64,000 nt of DNA from Candidatus Woesebacteria bacterium (lineage in GTDB: Bacteria; Patescibacteriota; Microgenomatia; UBA8517): the NCBI GenBank assembly GCA_013374855.1, contig CP055308.1, positions 661,310 to 725,309 on the forward strand, in the 5' to 3' direction. The translations under genes were made by a program, and so were the position numbers. Below the pieces are notes generated by a model that had not been told where the DNA came from, searched no databases, and saw only the letters and a list, made by a program, of their open reading frames with translations. Below are positions 10,106-21,852 of this stretch, in pieces (the first letter of the stretch is position 1; each line of letters begins with the position of its first letter).

Positions 10106-11395
10106 ATGTCTGTGATTAGTAAAATTTGGGCAAGAGAAATACTTGATTCAAGGGGTTGGCCAACAGTTGAAGCAGCTGGCCAACTTGATACTGGTGAAGT
10201 TGCTGTCTTTGCTGTTCCGGCAGGTGCTTCAACTGGTAAACATGAGGCTCTTGATCTGAGGGATCAAGATCCAGAAAGGTTTTATGGAAAGGGAGTTCTG
10301 AAAGCGGTAGATAATGTTAATAATATTTTGGGCAAAGCTGTTATAGGCAAGGATCCTTCTGCACAGCGGGAAATAGATAATATCCTGATGGGATTGGATG
10401 GAACAGAAAATAAGTCAAAGTTAGGTGCTAATGCCGTTTTGGCTGTGTCGGGGTTGGTACTAAAACTGGGTGCTATAGCAAACAGATTAAGCCTTTATTC
10501 TTGGGTTAATGCTCTTGCAAATAGGGAAAATCTAAAAGCTTACGCAAAAATCCCCATTCCTATTTTTAATGTGATAAATGGTGGTTTACATGGAGCAGCA
10601 AACCTTGATTTTCAAGAGTTTCACCTTGTGCCTGTAAGCACAAAAACATATCAGGAATCATTAAGAATGGCAGTGGAAGTCTATATGGCAGTTGGAGCAA
10701 AGCTAAGTGAAAAAAGTGCAGTTCATTCTGTAGGAGATGAAGGAGGATATGCACCACACTTATTCTCTAATTTGGATGCTTTGGAAATTTTAGTTGAAAC
10801 AATCAAATCAACAAAATACGAACTTGGTAAGGATTTGTTTTTGGGCCTTGACGTAGCAGCATCTGTCTTTTTTTCAGGGGCAGGATATAAGATAAGAGAT
10901 AAAACTTCTATTATGGAAGAATCAGCAATGATAGAATACTACATTTCGCTTAATGATCAGTATCACTTGGGTATACTCGAAGATCCTTTGCACGAGGATG
11001 CTTGGGGCGGATGGAAATCGTTGACTGAAAGAATTGGTAATCAAACTATAATTGTTGGCGACGATCTCTTAGTAACCAATTCTGAGAGACTCAAGAAAGC
11101 AATTTCTGAAAAAGCTTGCAATGGAATATTAGTTAAACCAAATCAAACAGGAACTATTATAGAGACAATAGACGTTATTAAATTAGCAAAAGAGGCAGGG
11201 TTTAAGGTTGTGGTTTCTCATCGTTCTGGAGAGACCAATGATTGGTTTATAGCAGATTTTGCAGTGGGTGTTGGAGCAGATTATGTAAAGTTTGGTGCTC
11301 CTGCAAGAGGTGAAAGAGTTGCAAAATACAATAGGCTTTTGACTATTGATGTAGAGCTTTCAAATTATTTAAAAAATAGTAATGCATCCCTATAG
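10106..11395 (+). CDS. eno: enolase
   Basis: SKIWAREILDSRGWPTVEA N-terminus, catalytic SHRSGET, KPNQTGT. Confidence 0.95.
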   Translation: MSVISKIWAREILDSRGWPTVEAAGQLDTGEVAVFAVPAGASTGKHEALDLRDQDPERFYGKGVLKAVDNVNNILGKAVIGKDPSAQREIDNILMGLDGTENKSKLGANAVLAVSGLVLKLGAIANRLSLYSWVNALANRENLKAYAKIPIPIFNVINGGLHGAANLDFQEFHLVPVSTKTYQESLRMAVEVYMAVGAKLSEKSAVHSVGDEGGYAPHLFSNLDALEILVETIKSTKYELGKDLFLGLDVAASVFFSGAGYKIRDKTSIMEESAMIEYYISLNDQYHLGILEDPLHEDAWGGWKSLTERIGNQTIIVGDDLLVTNSERLKKAISEKACNGILVKPNQTGTIIETIDVIKLAKEAGFKVVVSHRSGETNDWFIADFAVGVGADYVKFGAPARGERVAKYNRLLTIDVELSNYLKNSNASL

Positions 11396-13043
11396 TAGAA
11401 AAACCGTTGTTCTTGCTATTCTTGATGGTTGGGGAATTGCTCCACCTGGGCCAGGCAATGCAATACAGCTTGCCAATACGCCAAATATAGATAGATTGTG
11501 GTACTCCTTTCCTCATACTCAACTTATTGCTTCAGGAGATGCTGTTGGCCTTCCAAAAGGAGAGGCAGGAAATACCGAAACTGGGCATCTTAATCTGGGA
11601 GCAGGCAGAATTGTTTATCAGGATTTGGAGAGAATAAATATGTCAATAGCAGATGGGTCATTTTTCCAAAATAAGGTTTTACAAGATGTTGTAAATCATG
11701 CCAATCAGTTTAATTCAAATATACATTTATTGGGATTAATTGGGGCAGGAGGGGTTCACTCTAACATAGAACATTTATTTGCTCTTCTTAAGTTTTTTTC
11801 TTCTAAAGATTTTAGACATGTATTTTTACATTTAATTACTGATGGAAGAGACTCACCGCCAACGGCCTCAAGAATGTACATAGATTCTCTAAGAAAAGTT
11901 ATGCAGCGTGAGGGAGTTGGAACAATAGCCTCCATTATGGGAAGGTATTGGGCAATGGATAGGGACAGAAGATGGGACAGAACCAGAAAGGCTTATGAGG
12001 CTTTGACTGAAGGAAAAGGACACTTAGTGAAAACACCGGAAGAGGCGATTCAGCTCTCTTATTCAGAAGGCAAGACTGATGAGTTCATAGAACCATCTTT
12101 AATTTCCAATCATAATGGTACACCTGTAGTATTGATAAAAGACAACGATGGAGTTGTTTTTTTTAACTTTAGAGTAGACAGACCAAGGCAATTAACTGCC
12201 GCTTTTATTGTTGATGATTTTAGCGACTCAAGTTTGGCGCTTGACTTTGACCCTTATCTTGAAAGATACGAAAAAACACATATATCTGGCAAGATTGCTT
12301 CTTATCAGAAAGTTTTTATGCGTAAAATAAAACTAAACAACCTCTTTTTCTGTACGATGACAGAGTATTCAAGATCGTTGACAGAAAGCGGGGCTAAAGC
12401 TGTTTTCCCTCCTGAAATCGTAGAAATGCCTTTAGGAAGAGTTATATCTGAGAATTCTTTGAGGCAGTTGAGGATAGCTGAATCGGAAAAGGAAAGATTT
12501 GTAACTTATTATTTTAACGGTCAAAGAGAAAATCCTTTTTTAGGGGAGGAAAGGTTAATAATTCCTTCGCCAAATGTTCCTACTTATGATTTAAAGCCAG
12601 AAATGTCCGCTTATGAGATAACAGAAGGAGTATTAAACGCTCTAAAGTCACAACAATACCAATTTATTCTTGTTAATTATGCGAATGCAGATATGGTTGG
12701 ACACACTGGAAGCATAGGACCTGCTGTTAAGGCTTGTGAAGTTGTTGACGAATGTATTGGCAAAATTGCCAATTATATCTTAAGTGTTAATGGCTATCTT
12801 TTGATCACCGCAGATCATGGAAATGCAGAGGAGATGATAAATCTAAAAACTGGACAGATTGACACCGAGCATTCTACTTTCCCTGTTCCGTTTATTGCCA
12901 TTTCAAAAGATTTTTTGGGAAAATCTCTTACTTTGGAAAGCGGGATATTAGCAGATGTTGCACCAACAGTACTTTATCTTTTGGGGATAAACCCTCCCAC
13001 AGAAATGATAGGTAAAAACCTTCTTAGAAGTGTATTTAGATAG
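11382..13043 (+). CDS. gpmI: 2,3-bisphosphoglycerate-independent phosphoglycerate mutase
   Basis: ILDGWGIAPPGPGNAI and ADHGNAEEM metalloenzyme motifs. Overlaps eno by 14 nt. Confidence 0.9.
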   Translation: MHPYSRKTVVLAILDGWGIAPPGPGNAIQLANTPNIDRLWYSFPHTQLIASGDAVGLPKGEAGNTETGHLNLGAGRIVYQDLERINMSIADGSFFQNKVLQDVVNHANQFNSNIHLLGLIGAGGVHSNIEHLFALLKFFSSKDFRHVFLHLITDGRDSPPTASRMYIDSLRKVMQREGVGTIASIMGRYWAMDRDRRWDRTRKAYEALTEGKGHLVKTPEEAIQLSYSEGKTDEFIEPSLISNHNGTPVVLIKDNDGVVFFNFRVDRPRQLTAAFIVDDFSDSSLALDFDPYLERYEKTHISGKIASYQKVFMRKIKLNNLFFCTMTEYSRSLTESGAKAVFPPEIVEMPLGRVISENSLRQLRIAESEKERFVTYYFNGQRENPFLGEERLIIPSPNVPTYDLKPEMSAYEITEGVLNALKSQQYQFILVNYANADMVGHTGSIGPAVKACEVVDECIGKIANYILSVNGYLLITADHGNAEEMINLKTGQIDTEHSTFPVPFIAISKDFLGKSLTLESGILADVAPTVLYLLGINPPTEMIGKNLLRSVFR

Positions 13044-13045
13044 TT

Positions 13046-13660
13046 TCAGTTATATTTTCTTATAAGCCCAACAACTTTTCCTTGAATTTTTACCTTTTTT
13101 ACGAATATAGGATCCATGTTAGAGTTTGCTGGTTCAAGTTTAATTCTTGTTGCCTCTTTGTAAAATCTTTTCAAAGTAACAAATCCATTTTCCAAAAGGG
13201 CAACTACTATTTCTCCATTTCTTGCAGTTTCTGTGTGTTCGCAAATGACATAATCACCATCTCTTATTTGTTCCTCTATCATCGAATCTCCTTTTACCTG
13301 AAGTACAAATACACTCTTATTGGTTCCACCAAAAGAAGGTGGAATTGAAATTGTTGCGTTCGGATCAGTGTATGGTTCAATAGGGGACCCTGCTGCAATA
13401 AACCCTAGTATTGGAACCTCAAAACCCTCAGGTGATAGAGTGACATCAGTTTTCAATAGAACAATTTCTTCATTCCCTTTTTTTCTTTTTATTAGACCTC
13501 TTTCTTCCATTTTCCAAAGATGTTCGTGGACTGTAGCAAGCGAAGTTACTCCTATTGCTTCTGCAATTTCTCTTAATTTTGGAGCTTTGCCATACTTCTG
13601 AATATACTGTTTGAGGAAATTTAGTATTATTACTTGCTTTTCATGTACTTTCTGTGCCAT
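13046..13660 (-). CDS. lexA: LexA repressor
   Basis: N-terminal wHTH (KQYIQKYGKAPKLREIAEAIGV), GFIAAGSPIEPY cleavage region and S24 peptidase (VKGDSM...). Start set at the internal MAQKVHEK; the longer ORF-track extension is unlikely. Confidence 0.85.
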   Translation of the reverse strand: MAQKVHEKQVIILNFLKQYIQKYGKAPKLREIAEAIGVTSLATVHEHLWKMEERGLIKRKKGNEEIVLLKTDVTLSPEGFEVPILGFIAAGSPIEPYTDPNATISIPPSFGGTNKSVFVLQVKGDSMIEEQIRDGDYVICEHTETARNGEIVVALLENGFVTLKRFYKEATRIKLEPANSNMDPIFVKKVKIQGKVVGLIRKYN

Positions 13661-13706
13661 AATTTTAATTTGTACCAAAAATAAACCGAAGTTGTCAATA
13701 CCCAAC

Positions 13707-15725
13707 ATGACGCAGGCATTTAAACTAAACAGACCATATAAACCCACTCTTGATCAAAATAAAGCTGCAGATCTTTTGGCAAAAAATTTCAATATTGGGA
13801 AAAAATATCAGGTCCTTCTTGGAGTAACAGGATCAGGAAAAACATTTGTTATGGCAGAGTTAATAGAAAAGCTTCAAAAGCCAACCTTGATAATTTCTCA
13901 TAATAAGACACTAGCTGCCCAACTTTACCAAGAATTAAGAAGTTTTTTCCCAAGGAACGCTGTTTCCTTTTTTATTTCCTACTATGATTATTATCAGCCA
14001 GAAGCGTATATTCCATCAACTGACACATATATAGAAAAAGATTCTTCAATTAATGAGCTTATAGATCAACTCAGACTTGAAGCCACTTCAAATATTCTCT
14101 CAAGGAAAGATACAGTTGTTGTGGCATCAGTTTCCTGTATTTATAATCTTGGTTCGCCCAAAAGCTTTCAGAACCTTTCCTTAGCAATCAGCTTAGGTGA
14201 CAAACTACAAATAAGAGAGATAGCATTAAAGCTTATCCAACTGCAATACGAGCGCAACGACTTTGAATTCAAAAGAGGAAGTTTTAGATTAAGAGGAGAA
14301 TACTTGGACATTTATCCTCCAAATTGTAGTTTTGCTGTAAGATTAGTTGTAAAGGGAAATGTTTGTTCTTCTATTTTCATAATAGAGCCTGTTTCTGGAC
14401 AGATAATAGAGGAAAAAGATTATTTTACTTTTTATCCTGCCAAGCATTTTGTCCTTGATAAAGAAGAAGAAAGTGTTTTTGAAAAGATAAGAAGAGAAAT
14501 GGAAGAAAGAGTCAATTTTTTTGAGAAGAAAGGAAATTTGTTAGCGGCCCAAAGAATAAAACAGAAGGTGGAATACGACATTGAGATGATAAAAGAATTT
14601 GGTTATGTAAAGGGTATTGAAAATTATTCCCGATACTTTGATGGCAGAAAAAAAGGGGAACCTCCTTTTAGTTTGCTTGATTATTTTAGAGAAGCTTACG
14701 GGGAAAATTGGCTTGTAATAGTTGATGAATCACATATTAGTTTTCCTCAAATAAGAGGAATGTTTGAAGGAGACAGGTCAAGGAAGAAAAATTTAGTTGA
14801 TTATGGTTTTAGATTACCATCGGCTTTTGATAACAGACCTCTAAGATTTAACGAATTCTTGGAAAAAGTTCCCAATTTTATTGCTGTTTCGGCAACACCT
14901 GATGATTGGGAAATAAGTTTTTCAGACAAAACTGTAATTGAGCTTCTCACAAGACCAACAGGAATTCCAGATCCTGAAATTTTTATAAGGCCAGTTGAAG
15001 GCCAAGTAGAAAATTTAATCGAAGAAATTAAAAAACAAACTAGTAAAAAACAAAGAACACTAGTTACTACCCTCACTAAGAAAATGGCAGAAGATCTTTC
15101 CTTTTATCTAAAAGAAAAAGGATTTAAGGTTTGCTATCTGCATTCTGAAATAAAGACGTTGGAGAGAAGTGATATTCTGGATAGTCTAAGGAGAGGAGAT
15201 TATGATGTTTTGGTTGGAGTTAATCTTTTGAGGGAGGGGTTGGATTTACCGGAAGTTTCTTTGGTTGCAATTTTAGATGCGGATAAAGAAGGATTCTTGC
15301 GTTCAAGAACAAGTCTTATCCAGACTATGGGGAGGGCAGCAAGACATATCGATGGGAGAGTAATTCTCTATGCTGATAATATTACCGGCTCTATCAGGAA
15401 AGCAATTGGTGAAGTAAAAAGAAGAAGGAAGTATCAGCTTTTTGTAAATAAAAAATACGGCATCAAACCAAGCTCTATCATCAAACCAGTAAGAGAAAAA
15501 GTTATAGAAGCTGAGAAGGAAAGTGAGACAGCTCGAATTGTCTTGGGAGAAGACTTTGAGCTTATTAGAACCAATAGCAATGATATAGAAGGACTGACAC
15601 CTATGGACAAGAGAAAATTAATAAAAAGGATGGAAACAAAAATGCGTCAAGCTGCGCATAATCTTGATTTTGAAACAGCAATATTGTTGCGGGATAAAAT
15701 TAGGAGTATAGAAAAAGACTTATGA
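13707..15725 (+). CDS. uvrB: excinuclease ABC subunit B
   Basis: True start at MTQAFKLNRPYKP. Walker A GVTGSGKTF, helicase motifs, C-terminal UVR domain. Confidence 0.95.
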   Translation: MTQAFKLNRPYKPTLDQNKAADLLAKNFNIGKKYQVLLGVTGSGKTFVMAELIEKLQKPTLIISHNKTLAAQLYQELRSFFPRNAVSFFISYYDYYQPEAYIPSTDTYIEKDSSINELIDQLRLEATSNILSRKDTVVVASVSCIYNLGSPKSFQNLSLAISLGDKLQIREIALKLIQLQYERNDFEFKRGSFRLRGEYLDIYPPNCSFAVRLVVKGNVCSSIFIIEPVSGQIIEEKDYFTFYPAKHFVLDKEEESVFEKIRREMEERVNFFEKKGNLLAAQRIKQKVEYDIEMIKEFGYVKGIENYSRYFDGRKKGEPPFSLLDYFREAYGENWLVIVDESHISFPQIRGMFEGDRSRKKNLVDYGFRLPSAFDNRPLRFNEFLEKVPNFIAVSATPDDWEISFSDKTVIELLTRPTGIPDPEIFIRPVEGQVENLIEEIKKQTSKKQRTLVTTLTKKMAEDLSFYLKEKGFKVCYLHSEIKTLERSDILDSLRRGDYDVLVGVNLLREGLDLPEVSLVAILDADKEGFLRSRTSLIQTMGRAARHIDGRVILYADNITGSIRKAIGEVKRRRKYQLFVNKKYGIKPSSIIKPVREKVIEAEKESETARIVLGEDFELIRTNSNDIEGLTPMDKRKLIKRMETKMRQAAHNLDFETAILLRDKIRSIEKDL

Positions 15726-18643
15726 ATCAGAATCAATTTATCATCATAAAAGGAGCAAGGGAACATAATTTAAAAAATGTAGATGTTAAAATACCAAAAA
15801 ATAAGCTTGTAGTTTTTAGTGGAGTCTCAGGAAGCGGAAAATCGTCTTTAGCTTTTGACACTATATATGCAGAAGGTCAAAGACGGTATGTAGAATCTCT
15901 TTCTACCTATGCTAGGCAGTTTTTGGGGGTTATGGACAAGCCAGATGTTGATTCAATTGAAGGACTATCACCAGCAATTTCTATTGACCAAAAGACAACT
16001 TCAAGAAACCCAAGATCAACAGTTGGCACGATAACAGAAATTTATGATTACTTAAGGCTTTTATTTGCAAGAATAGGCCATCCTCATTGCCCTGTTTGTG
16101 GTAGAGAAATCCAAAAACAAGGAATTGAACAAATTACTGACTCTGTAATCAACTTGATTAGAGAAAAGATAGAAAACAAGAAAAATGTTCGTTTTTTAAT
16201 TCTTTCCCCTATAGTAAAGGACAAAAAAGGAGAGTTTAGTTCTCTCTTTTCTAATTTAAGAGCTAAGGGATATCAAAAAGCGAGAATTGATGGAAAAATA
16301 TACTCGATAATGGACGACATTTACCTTATAAAGACAAACAGGCACTCTATTGAAGTTGTAATTGATAAATTCAGTTTAACTTCTAAAGACTTAAAAGAGA
16401 CTCTTTTTATTGAAAATCTTAAGACTCGCATTTTTGATGCTGTTTCACAATCTCTTAATCTTTCACTGGGAACTGTGATTTTTTCTGAGGTAAAGGATAA
16501 AGATTTTAATATGCCGGAGTACCCAACTGAGCTCGAGGATCACTTGTTTTCAGAGCTTTTTGCCTGTCCTGTAGATAACATACAAATACCAGAGATAGAA
16601 CCCAGAACTTTTTCTTTTAACTCGCCACACGGAGCTTGTCCTGATTGCAACGGGTTGGGAATAATTAAAAAAATTGATAAAGAAAGAATCCTTTCCACTC
16701 AGATTTCTATTAGTGAAGGGGCTATATTACCTTTTGCAAGACTCTTTGAGAAACAGACTTGGTATACCAGGCTTATACTTCAAGTTTGCAAAGAAAACAG
16801 AATCGACACAAAGAAACCTGTTAAAGATTTGGGTGAAGGTAAAATTAATATTTTACTCTATGGGACTGGAGACAGAATCTACAAGGTAGAGGGTATTAAT
16901 AGATGGGGAAGACCAACTGTAATTTGGGAAAATTTCCCTGGTATTATAGCTGAATTGGAAAAAAGATTTAGAGAAACAGACTCAGAATTTATAAAAGGTG
17001 AGATTGAAAGATTTATGAAAGAAGAAAAATGCCCCGCATGTCAAGGGACAAGGCTTAAAAAAGAAGCTTTATCTGTTACTATTGATAATCTTTCTATTGC
17101 AGATGTCGCTGCTTTACCAGTAGAGGATCTTTATAGGTGGATTAAGAGATTGGCAGAAGAAAATATTCTGACACAAAAAGAGAAAGAAATAGGAAATCTT
17201 ATAATCAAAGAGGTATTAAAGAGACTTGAATTTTTGATTTCTGTTGGAGTGGAATATCTTTCCCTTGAAAGAAGTGCCTCATCACTTTCCGGAGGGGAGG
17301 CACAAAGAATAAGACTTGCAAGCCAGATTGGCTCTGGGCTTACAGGAGTTTTGTATGTTTTAGACGAGCCGACTATTGGTCTTCACCCCAAAGATACAAA
17401 GAAACTAATTCATACACTTAAAAAACTAAGGGATTTGGGGAACACAATTATTGTTGTTGAGCATGACAGAGAAACAATAGAGAGCGCAGATTTTGTACTT
17501 GATTTTGGACCTCAAGCGGGAGATAACGGGGGAGAGATAATAAGTCAAGGAACAGTTGAGGAAATCAAAAACGATGCAAAATCAATAACAGGGGCTTATT
17601 TGTCAGGTAAAAAGAGAATCGAAATAAATCAAATTATAAAAGAAAATAAAGTAGAAGACGGGAAAATAACACTCTATGGATGTTATAAGCATAATCTTAA
17701 AAAAATTGATGTTTCTTTTCCTTTAGGTAAATTGGTCGTTATAACAGGGGTGTCGGGAAGTGGAAAATCTACTTTGCTAATTGATACTCTTTATCCTGCG
17801 ATTAAAGATTATCTGGAAGGGCAACCTGTAAGAAAAAGAGACCTGGAGTTTGAAAATATCGAGGTGGAAGGAAAAATATCAAGAGTAGTGCTTGTTGATC
17901 AAGCACCTATTGGTAAAACACCTCGAAGTAATCCTGCAACATATACTAAAGTATTCGATCTAATAAGAGAGGTTTTTGCTTCAACAAAAGAGGCAAAATT
18001 TGCAGGATTTAAAAAGAGCCATTTTTCTTTCAACTTAAAAGGAGGAAGATGTGAAACTTGTCAAGGACAAGGCCAAATAAAAATAGAGATGCAATTTATG
18101 AATGATGTTTGGATAAACTGCGATGTTTGTAAAGGAAAAAGATATAATTCACAAATACTGGATATTAATTTTCGTGGCAAAAATATCTCCGAAGTTCTAA
18201 ATATGTCAGTTTCTGAAGCAATAGAACATTTTCATTCTTACCACTCAATAATTAATAAACTAAAAACTTTGGATGAAGTTGGTCTATCTTATATTCGCCT
18301 TGGTCAATCGGCTACTACTCTTTCTGGAGGGGAATCTCAAAGAGTAAAACTTGCGCTTGAACTATCAAAGAATACAAAAGGTGGAACTGTTTTCATACTT
18401 GATGAACCGACAACAGGACTCCATTTCGCAGATGTTGAAAAACTTATGCTGGTTTTGAGAAGATTGGTCAATATGGGAAATAGTGTTTTCGTAATAGAAC
18501 ACAACTTAGATGTAATTAGAAATGCAGACTATATTATCGATTTAGGACCAGATGGCGGAGAAAAAGGTGGAAAATTAATCGCTTGCGGGGAAACTGATAG
18601 AATAAAGAGCAATAAGATGTCCTACACAGGAATTTTCTTGTAA
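15722..18643 (+). CDS. uvrA: excinuclease ABC subunit A
   Basis: Two ABC ATPase modules ([12 protein letters not shown] / [11 protein letters not shown]), zinc fingers and LSGGE signatures. Overlaps uvrB by 4 nt. Confidence 0.95.
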   Translation: MNQNQFIIIKGAREHNLKNVDVKIPKNKLVVFSGVSGSGKSSLAFDTIYAEGQRRYVESLSTYARQFLGVMDKPDVDSIEGLSPAISIDQKTTSRNPRSTVGTITEIYDYLRLLFARIGHPHCPVCGREIQKQGIEQITDSVINLIREKIENKKNVRFLILSPIVKDKKGEFSSLFSNLRAKGYQKARIDGKIYSIMDDIYLIKTNRHSIEVVIDKFSLTSKDLKETLFIENLKTRIFDAVSQSLNLSLGTVIFSEVKDKDFNMPEYPTELEDHLFSELFACPVDNIQIPEIEPRTFSFNSPHGACPDCNGLGIIKKIDKERILSTQISISEGAILPFARLFEKQTWYTRLILQVCKENRIDTKKPVKDLGEGKINILLYGTGDRIYKVEGINRWGRPTVIWENFPGIIAELEKRFRETDSEFIKGEIERFMKEEKCPACQGTRLKKEALSVTIDNLSIADVAALPVEDLYRWIKRLAEENILTQKEKEIGNLIIKEVLKRLEFLISVGVEYLSLERSASSLSGGEAQRIRLASQIGSGLTGVLYVLDEPTIGLHPKDTKKLIHTLKKLRDLGNTIIVVEHDRETIESADFVLDFGPQAGDNGGEIISQGTVEEIKNDAKSITGAYLSGKKRIEINQIIKENKVEDGKITLYGCYKHNLKKIDVSFPLGKLVVITGVSGSGKSTLLIDTLYPAIKDYLEGQPVRKRDLEFENIEVEGKISRVVLVDQAPIGKTPRSNPATYTKVFDLIREVFASTKEAKFAGFKKSHFSFNLKGGRCETCQGQGQIKIEMQFMNDVWINCDVCKGKRYNSQILDINFRGKNISEVLNMSVSEAIEHFHSYHSIINKLKTLDEVGLSYIRLGQSATTLSGGESQRVKLALELSKNTKGGTVFILDEPTTGLHFADVEKLMLVLRRLVNMGNSVFVIEHNLDVIRNADYIIDLGPDGGEKGGKLIACGETDRIKSNKMSYTGIFL

Positions 18644-18652
18644 GATAAATAT

Positions 18653-20518
18653 ATGAAATCTGTCATTAATTTTTTAGCCCCTCTTTTTATTTTTTTTTGT
18701 TTGGCACTTTTTTCCCCAAAAGAGATTTTCTCCCAGAGTCAACAACCAGCTTCTATCGACTCCCAAATTTTTTACAATCTGAGGGACGATAGCTATGTAG
18801 AAGTTGTCCAAAGAATAAAAATTACAAACCAGCTACCTGAGGTTTTTATTAGTGATTACAAATTATTTCTAAAATCAGTAGTCCCAGAGAACATAGAGGT
18901 TAAGGAAGAAAATATTAATTACCCGTTTCACTTGAATAAAGATAAAGATGGATACATTTTAGAAATAGACTTTCCTGATGCAAGAGTAGGAAAAGGTAAT
19001 TCTAGAGAGTTTGAAATTAGGTATCATACCCATAGTTTAATTAAAAAAATCGGCGAGGTTAGAGAAATTTATATTCCAAAACTTAATAACAACAATTTTT
19101 TTAAGACTTATGATGTTCAGCTAAAGGTTCCTGCTTATTTTGGCAAATTAACCTATTTTTCCGAAGAACCAGCAGAAACTTTTGGAGATAAACAATATAA
19201 CATGTTTTATTTCAGGAAAGATCAGATTGAGAAAGAAAACATATCATTAGGATTTGGAAACTTTCAAATTTTCTCTTTCATTCTTCGTTATAATTTAGAA
19301 AACCCACTAGAAAAAGAGACGAAAGTTAAAGTGGCAATTCCCCCAGATTCATTCTATCAAAGGGTTTTTTATGATTCGATTAATCCAACTCCTCAGAAAA
19401 TAGAAGTAGATAATGACGGAAATTGGTTGGTAACTTTTAAATTAAAACCTCGGGAAAGAATCATAGCAATAGCCAAAGGTTATGCTCAAATATTTCCAAA
19501 ACCTTACCCTTTATATCAACCATCAAAAGAGAACCTTATAAATAACACAAAAGAGGACAAATATTGGGAAACTAAAGATCCTCAAATAATAAGTATTGCT
19601 TCAAGCTTAAGAAGTATAGAAGATGTCTATAAATTTGTGGTAAATAATCTTAACTACGATTATGAGCGAGCTGCTAACAAAAATGAAAGATTTGGGGCAA
19701 GACAAGCTCTGGGAAAAAAAGATAGCGCGGTATGCACGGAGTTTACTGACCTTTTTATAACTTTACTTCGAGCAAAAGGAATACCTGCTCGTGAAGTAAA
19801 CGGTTATGCTCTGTCTGAAGATCCAAAGATTAAACCACTCTCTTTGACTAAGGATGTTCTTCATGCCTGGCCGGAATATTGGGATGAGAAAAGAAGTGTT
19901 TGGATTGCAGTTGACCCTACTTGGGAAAAAACTACAGGAGGAATGGATTACTTTCAAAACAACGACTTAAAACATTTTTCTTTTGTTTTCCATGGAGAAA
20001 GTTCCACTCAACCTTTAAGCCCTGGTTCATATAAATTTGGCGCTGATCCATCAAAAGATGTTTTTGTAACTTTAGGAGGGACACCAGATTTTGTTAACAA
20101 TAAAATAGAGATAAGTGCAGAGATAGTAAGATTAGTTCCTTTGGTAAAATACAAGTTAATAATAAAAATTTCCAACAAAGGCCAATCCGCTGTTTACAAC
20201 GAAGCGACAAAAGTAACTTTTGATGGAAAAATAAATTACGAAGAGAATGTTGAAGCAATTCTACCATTTTCGGAAAGAAATCTTGAAATAGACATACCAT
20301 TCTCTTTCTTGGGCAGGAATTCTCCCGAAAAGATTACTATTCAATATCACGGTTTAGTCAAAGAATTAGTTGGTGTTAAAAGAAAAATGGTTTTGGGAAC
20401 TGTCATTTTGCTTTTCTCAATTATAGCTCTTATTCTTTTTTATCTAATCTTCAGAACAACTAGTTTTCACTTTTTTCAAGGTATAAAGAATAAAATTTCC
20501 TTAAGAAGGGAATCGTGA
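18653..20518 (+). CDS. secreted/membrane protein with transglutaminase-like cysteine protease core
   Basis: Signal peptide, C-terminal TM helix, and Cys..His..Asp core (AVCTEFTDLF...HAWPEYWD). Confidence 0.55.
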   Translation: MKSVINFLAPLFIFFCLALFSPKEIFSQSQQPASIDSQIFYNLRDDSYVEVVQRIKITNQLPEVFISDYKLFLKSVVPENIEVKEENINYPFHLNKDKDGYILEIDFPDARVGKGNSREFEIRYHTHSLIKKIGEVREIYIPKLNNNNFFKTYDVQLKVPAYFGKLTYFSEEPAETFGDKQYNMFYFRKDQIEKENISLGFGNFQIFSFILRYNLENPLEKETKVKVAIPPDSFYQRVFYDSINPTPQKIEVDNDGNWLVTFKLKPRERIIAIAKGYAQIFPKPYPLYQPSKENLINNTKEDKYWETKDPQIISIASSLRSIEDVYKFVVNNLNYDYERAANKNERFGARQALGKKDSAVCTEFTDLFITLLRAKGIPAREVNGYALSEDPKIKPLSLTKDVLHAWPEYWDEKRSVWIAVDPTWEKTTGGMDYFQNNDLKHFSFVFHGESSTQPLSPGSYKFGADPSKDVFVTLGGTPDFVNNKIEISAEIVRLVPLVKYKLIIKISNKGQSAVYNEATKVTFDGKINYEENVEAILPFSERNLEIDIPFSFLGRNSPEKITIQYHGLVKELVGVKRKMVLGTVILLFSIIALILFYLIFRTTSFHFFQGIKNKISLRRES

Positions 20519-21843
20519 AGAATAAATTAATTGATATCACAAAGGACAACTTTATTGAAAAAATTCCACCTGAAAATGGGGTCTATAAATTTATTGACAA
20601 AAACAAGAACGTCCTCTATGTAGGGAAGAGTGTAAATTTAAAATCAAGAATTTCTTCCTATTTCACCAGCAAACTTTTACCCAAAACAAAAAAAATGATT
20701 TCTGATTCAAAGTATATTTTCTTTATCATTACAAAAAACGAGTTTGAATCTTTGATCCTTGAGGCAGAACTAATAAAAAAAGAGAAACCAAAGTACAATG
20801 TTGTTCAGAAAGATGATAAAAGTCCTCTTTATATAAAAATAACAGAAGAAGAGTTTCCAAGAGTCATTCTTTGTAGAAAAACAGAAATAAAAAGAGATAA
20901 AAAAACTTCATATTTTGGACCTTATCTTTCTAGTAGAGACGCCAAAAATGTAATTAGAACCATAAGAAGATTCATTCCTTTTTCTGACCACAAACCGGAA
21001 AGAAAACCCTGCTTTTACTATCAAATAGGGCTATGCAATCCTTGTCCTAGTTTAATAAAGAAAATCACTAATCAAAAAATCAAAAATCACCTAAAGTCTA
21101 CCTATCTCAAGAACATAAATAAGGTAAAAAATATACTCAAAGGTAATATTTTACCTGTAAAGAAAAAACTGGAGAAAGAACTGAAAACTCTGATAGAAGA
21201 GGAAAAGTACGAAGAAGCCAAAGAGTTATCAAAAAGATTAGATTTTTTTGAAAGAGTTATTCAGAAAAAGACAGACCCTCAAGAATACTTAGAAAACCCA
21301 AATTTAATTTTTGATATAAGAAGAGAAGAAATAAAATCTCTAAAAAATTTTTTGAAAAAATACTACAAAATCAGAAAAATAAAAAGAATAGAATGCTTTG
21401 ACATCTCTCACATATCAGGTAGTAATGTTGTTGGATCAATGGTAGCGTTTGTAGATGGTGATAAAAAACCCTCACTTTACCGAAAATTTAAGATTAAAAA
21501 ACCAAAAAACAACGATCCTGCTTCAATGAGAGAAATTATTCAGAGAAGGCTAAATCACTTAACTGATTGGGGCACTCCAGATTTAATTATCATTGATGGA
21601 GGTAGACCTCAACTTAGCAATATTTTTGACTTATTGTCAGAAAGCCAAATTCCGTTTGTTGGAATTGCTAAAAAGGAGGAAGAACTTATTCTTCCTGTTT
21701 TAGGAAAAAACAAAGTTAGGTTTCTGAGAAAGAAAATCAAAGGTGAAAATTTTGGCAATCTAATTATAAGAATTAGAGATGAATCACATCGTTTCGCACA
21801 GAAGTATTATCATTTGTTGCAGACAAAAATTAAAAGTGCTTAA
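20515..21843 (+). CDS. uvrC: excinuclease ABC subunit C (short form lacking C-terminal HhH)
   Basis: GIY-YIG N-terminus (GVYKFIDKNKNVLYVGKSVNLKSRISSYF) and C-terminal RNase H-like endonuclease domain (IDGGRPQ...ESHRFAQ). Confidence 0.8.
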   Translation: MKNKLIDITKDNFIEKIPPENGVYKFIDKNKNVLYVGKSVNLKSRISSYFTSKLLPKTKKMISDSKYIFFIITKNEFESLILEAELIKKEKPKYNVVQKDDKSPLYIKITEEEFPRVILCRKTEIKRDKKTSYFGPYLSSRDAKNVIRTIRRFIPFSDHKPERKPCFYYQIGLCNPCPSLIKKITNQKIKNHLKSTYLKNINKVKNILKGNILPVKKKLEKELKTLIEEEKYEEAKELSKRLDFFERVIQKKTDPQEYLENPNLIFDIRREEIKSLKNFLKKYYKIRKIKRIECFDISHISGSNVVGSMVAFVDGDKKPSLYRKFKIKKPKNNDPASMREIIQRRLNHLTDWGTPDLIIIDGGRPQLSNIFDLLSESQIPFVGIAKKEEELILPVLGKNKVRFLRKKIKGENFGNLIIRIRDESHRFAQKYYHLLQTKIKSA

Positions 21844-21852
21844 ATTAATTAG

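Noticed and set aside
13611-13706. Long N-terminal extensions of uvrB (ORF track 13611) and lexA (ORF track to 13747)
   Set aside because: Extensions are Cys/Phe-rich nonsense and overlap each other across the divergent promoter. Conserved N-termini (MTQAFKLNRPYKP for UvrB; MAQKVHEK for LexA) define the real starts.
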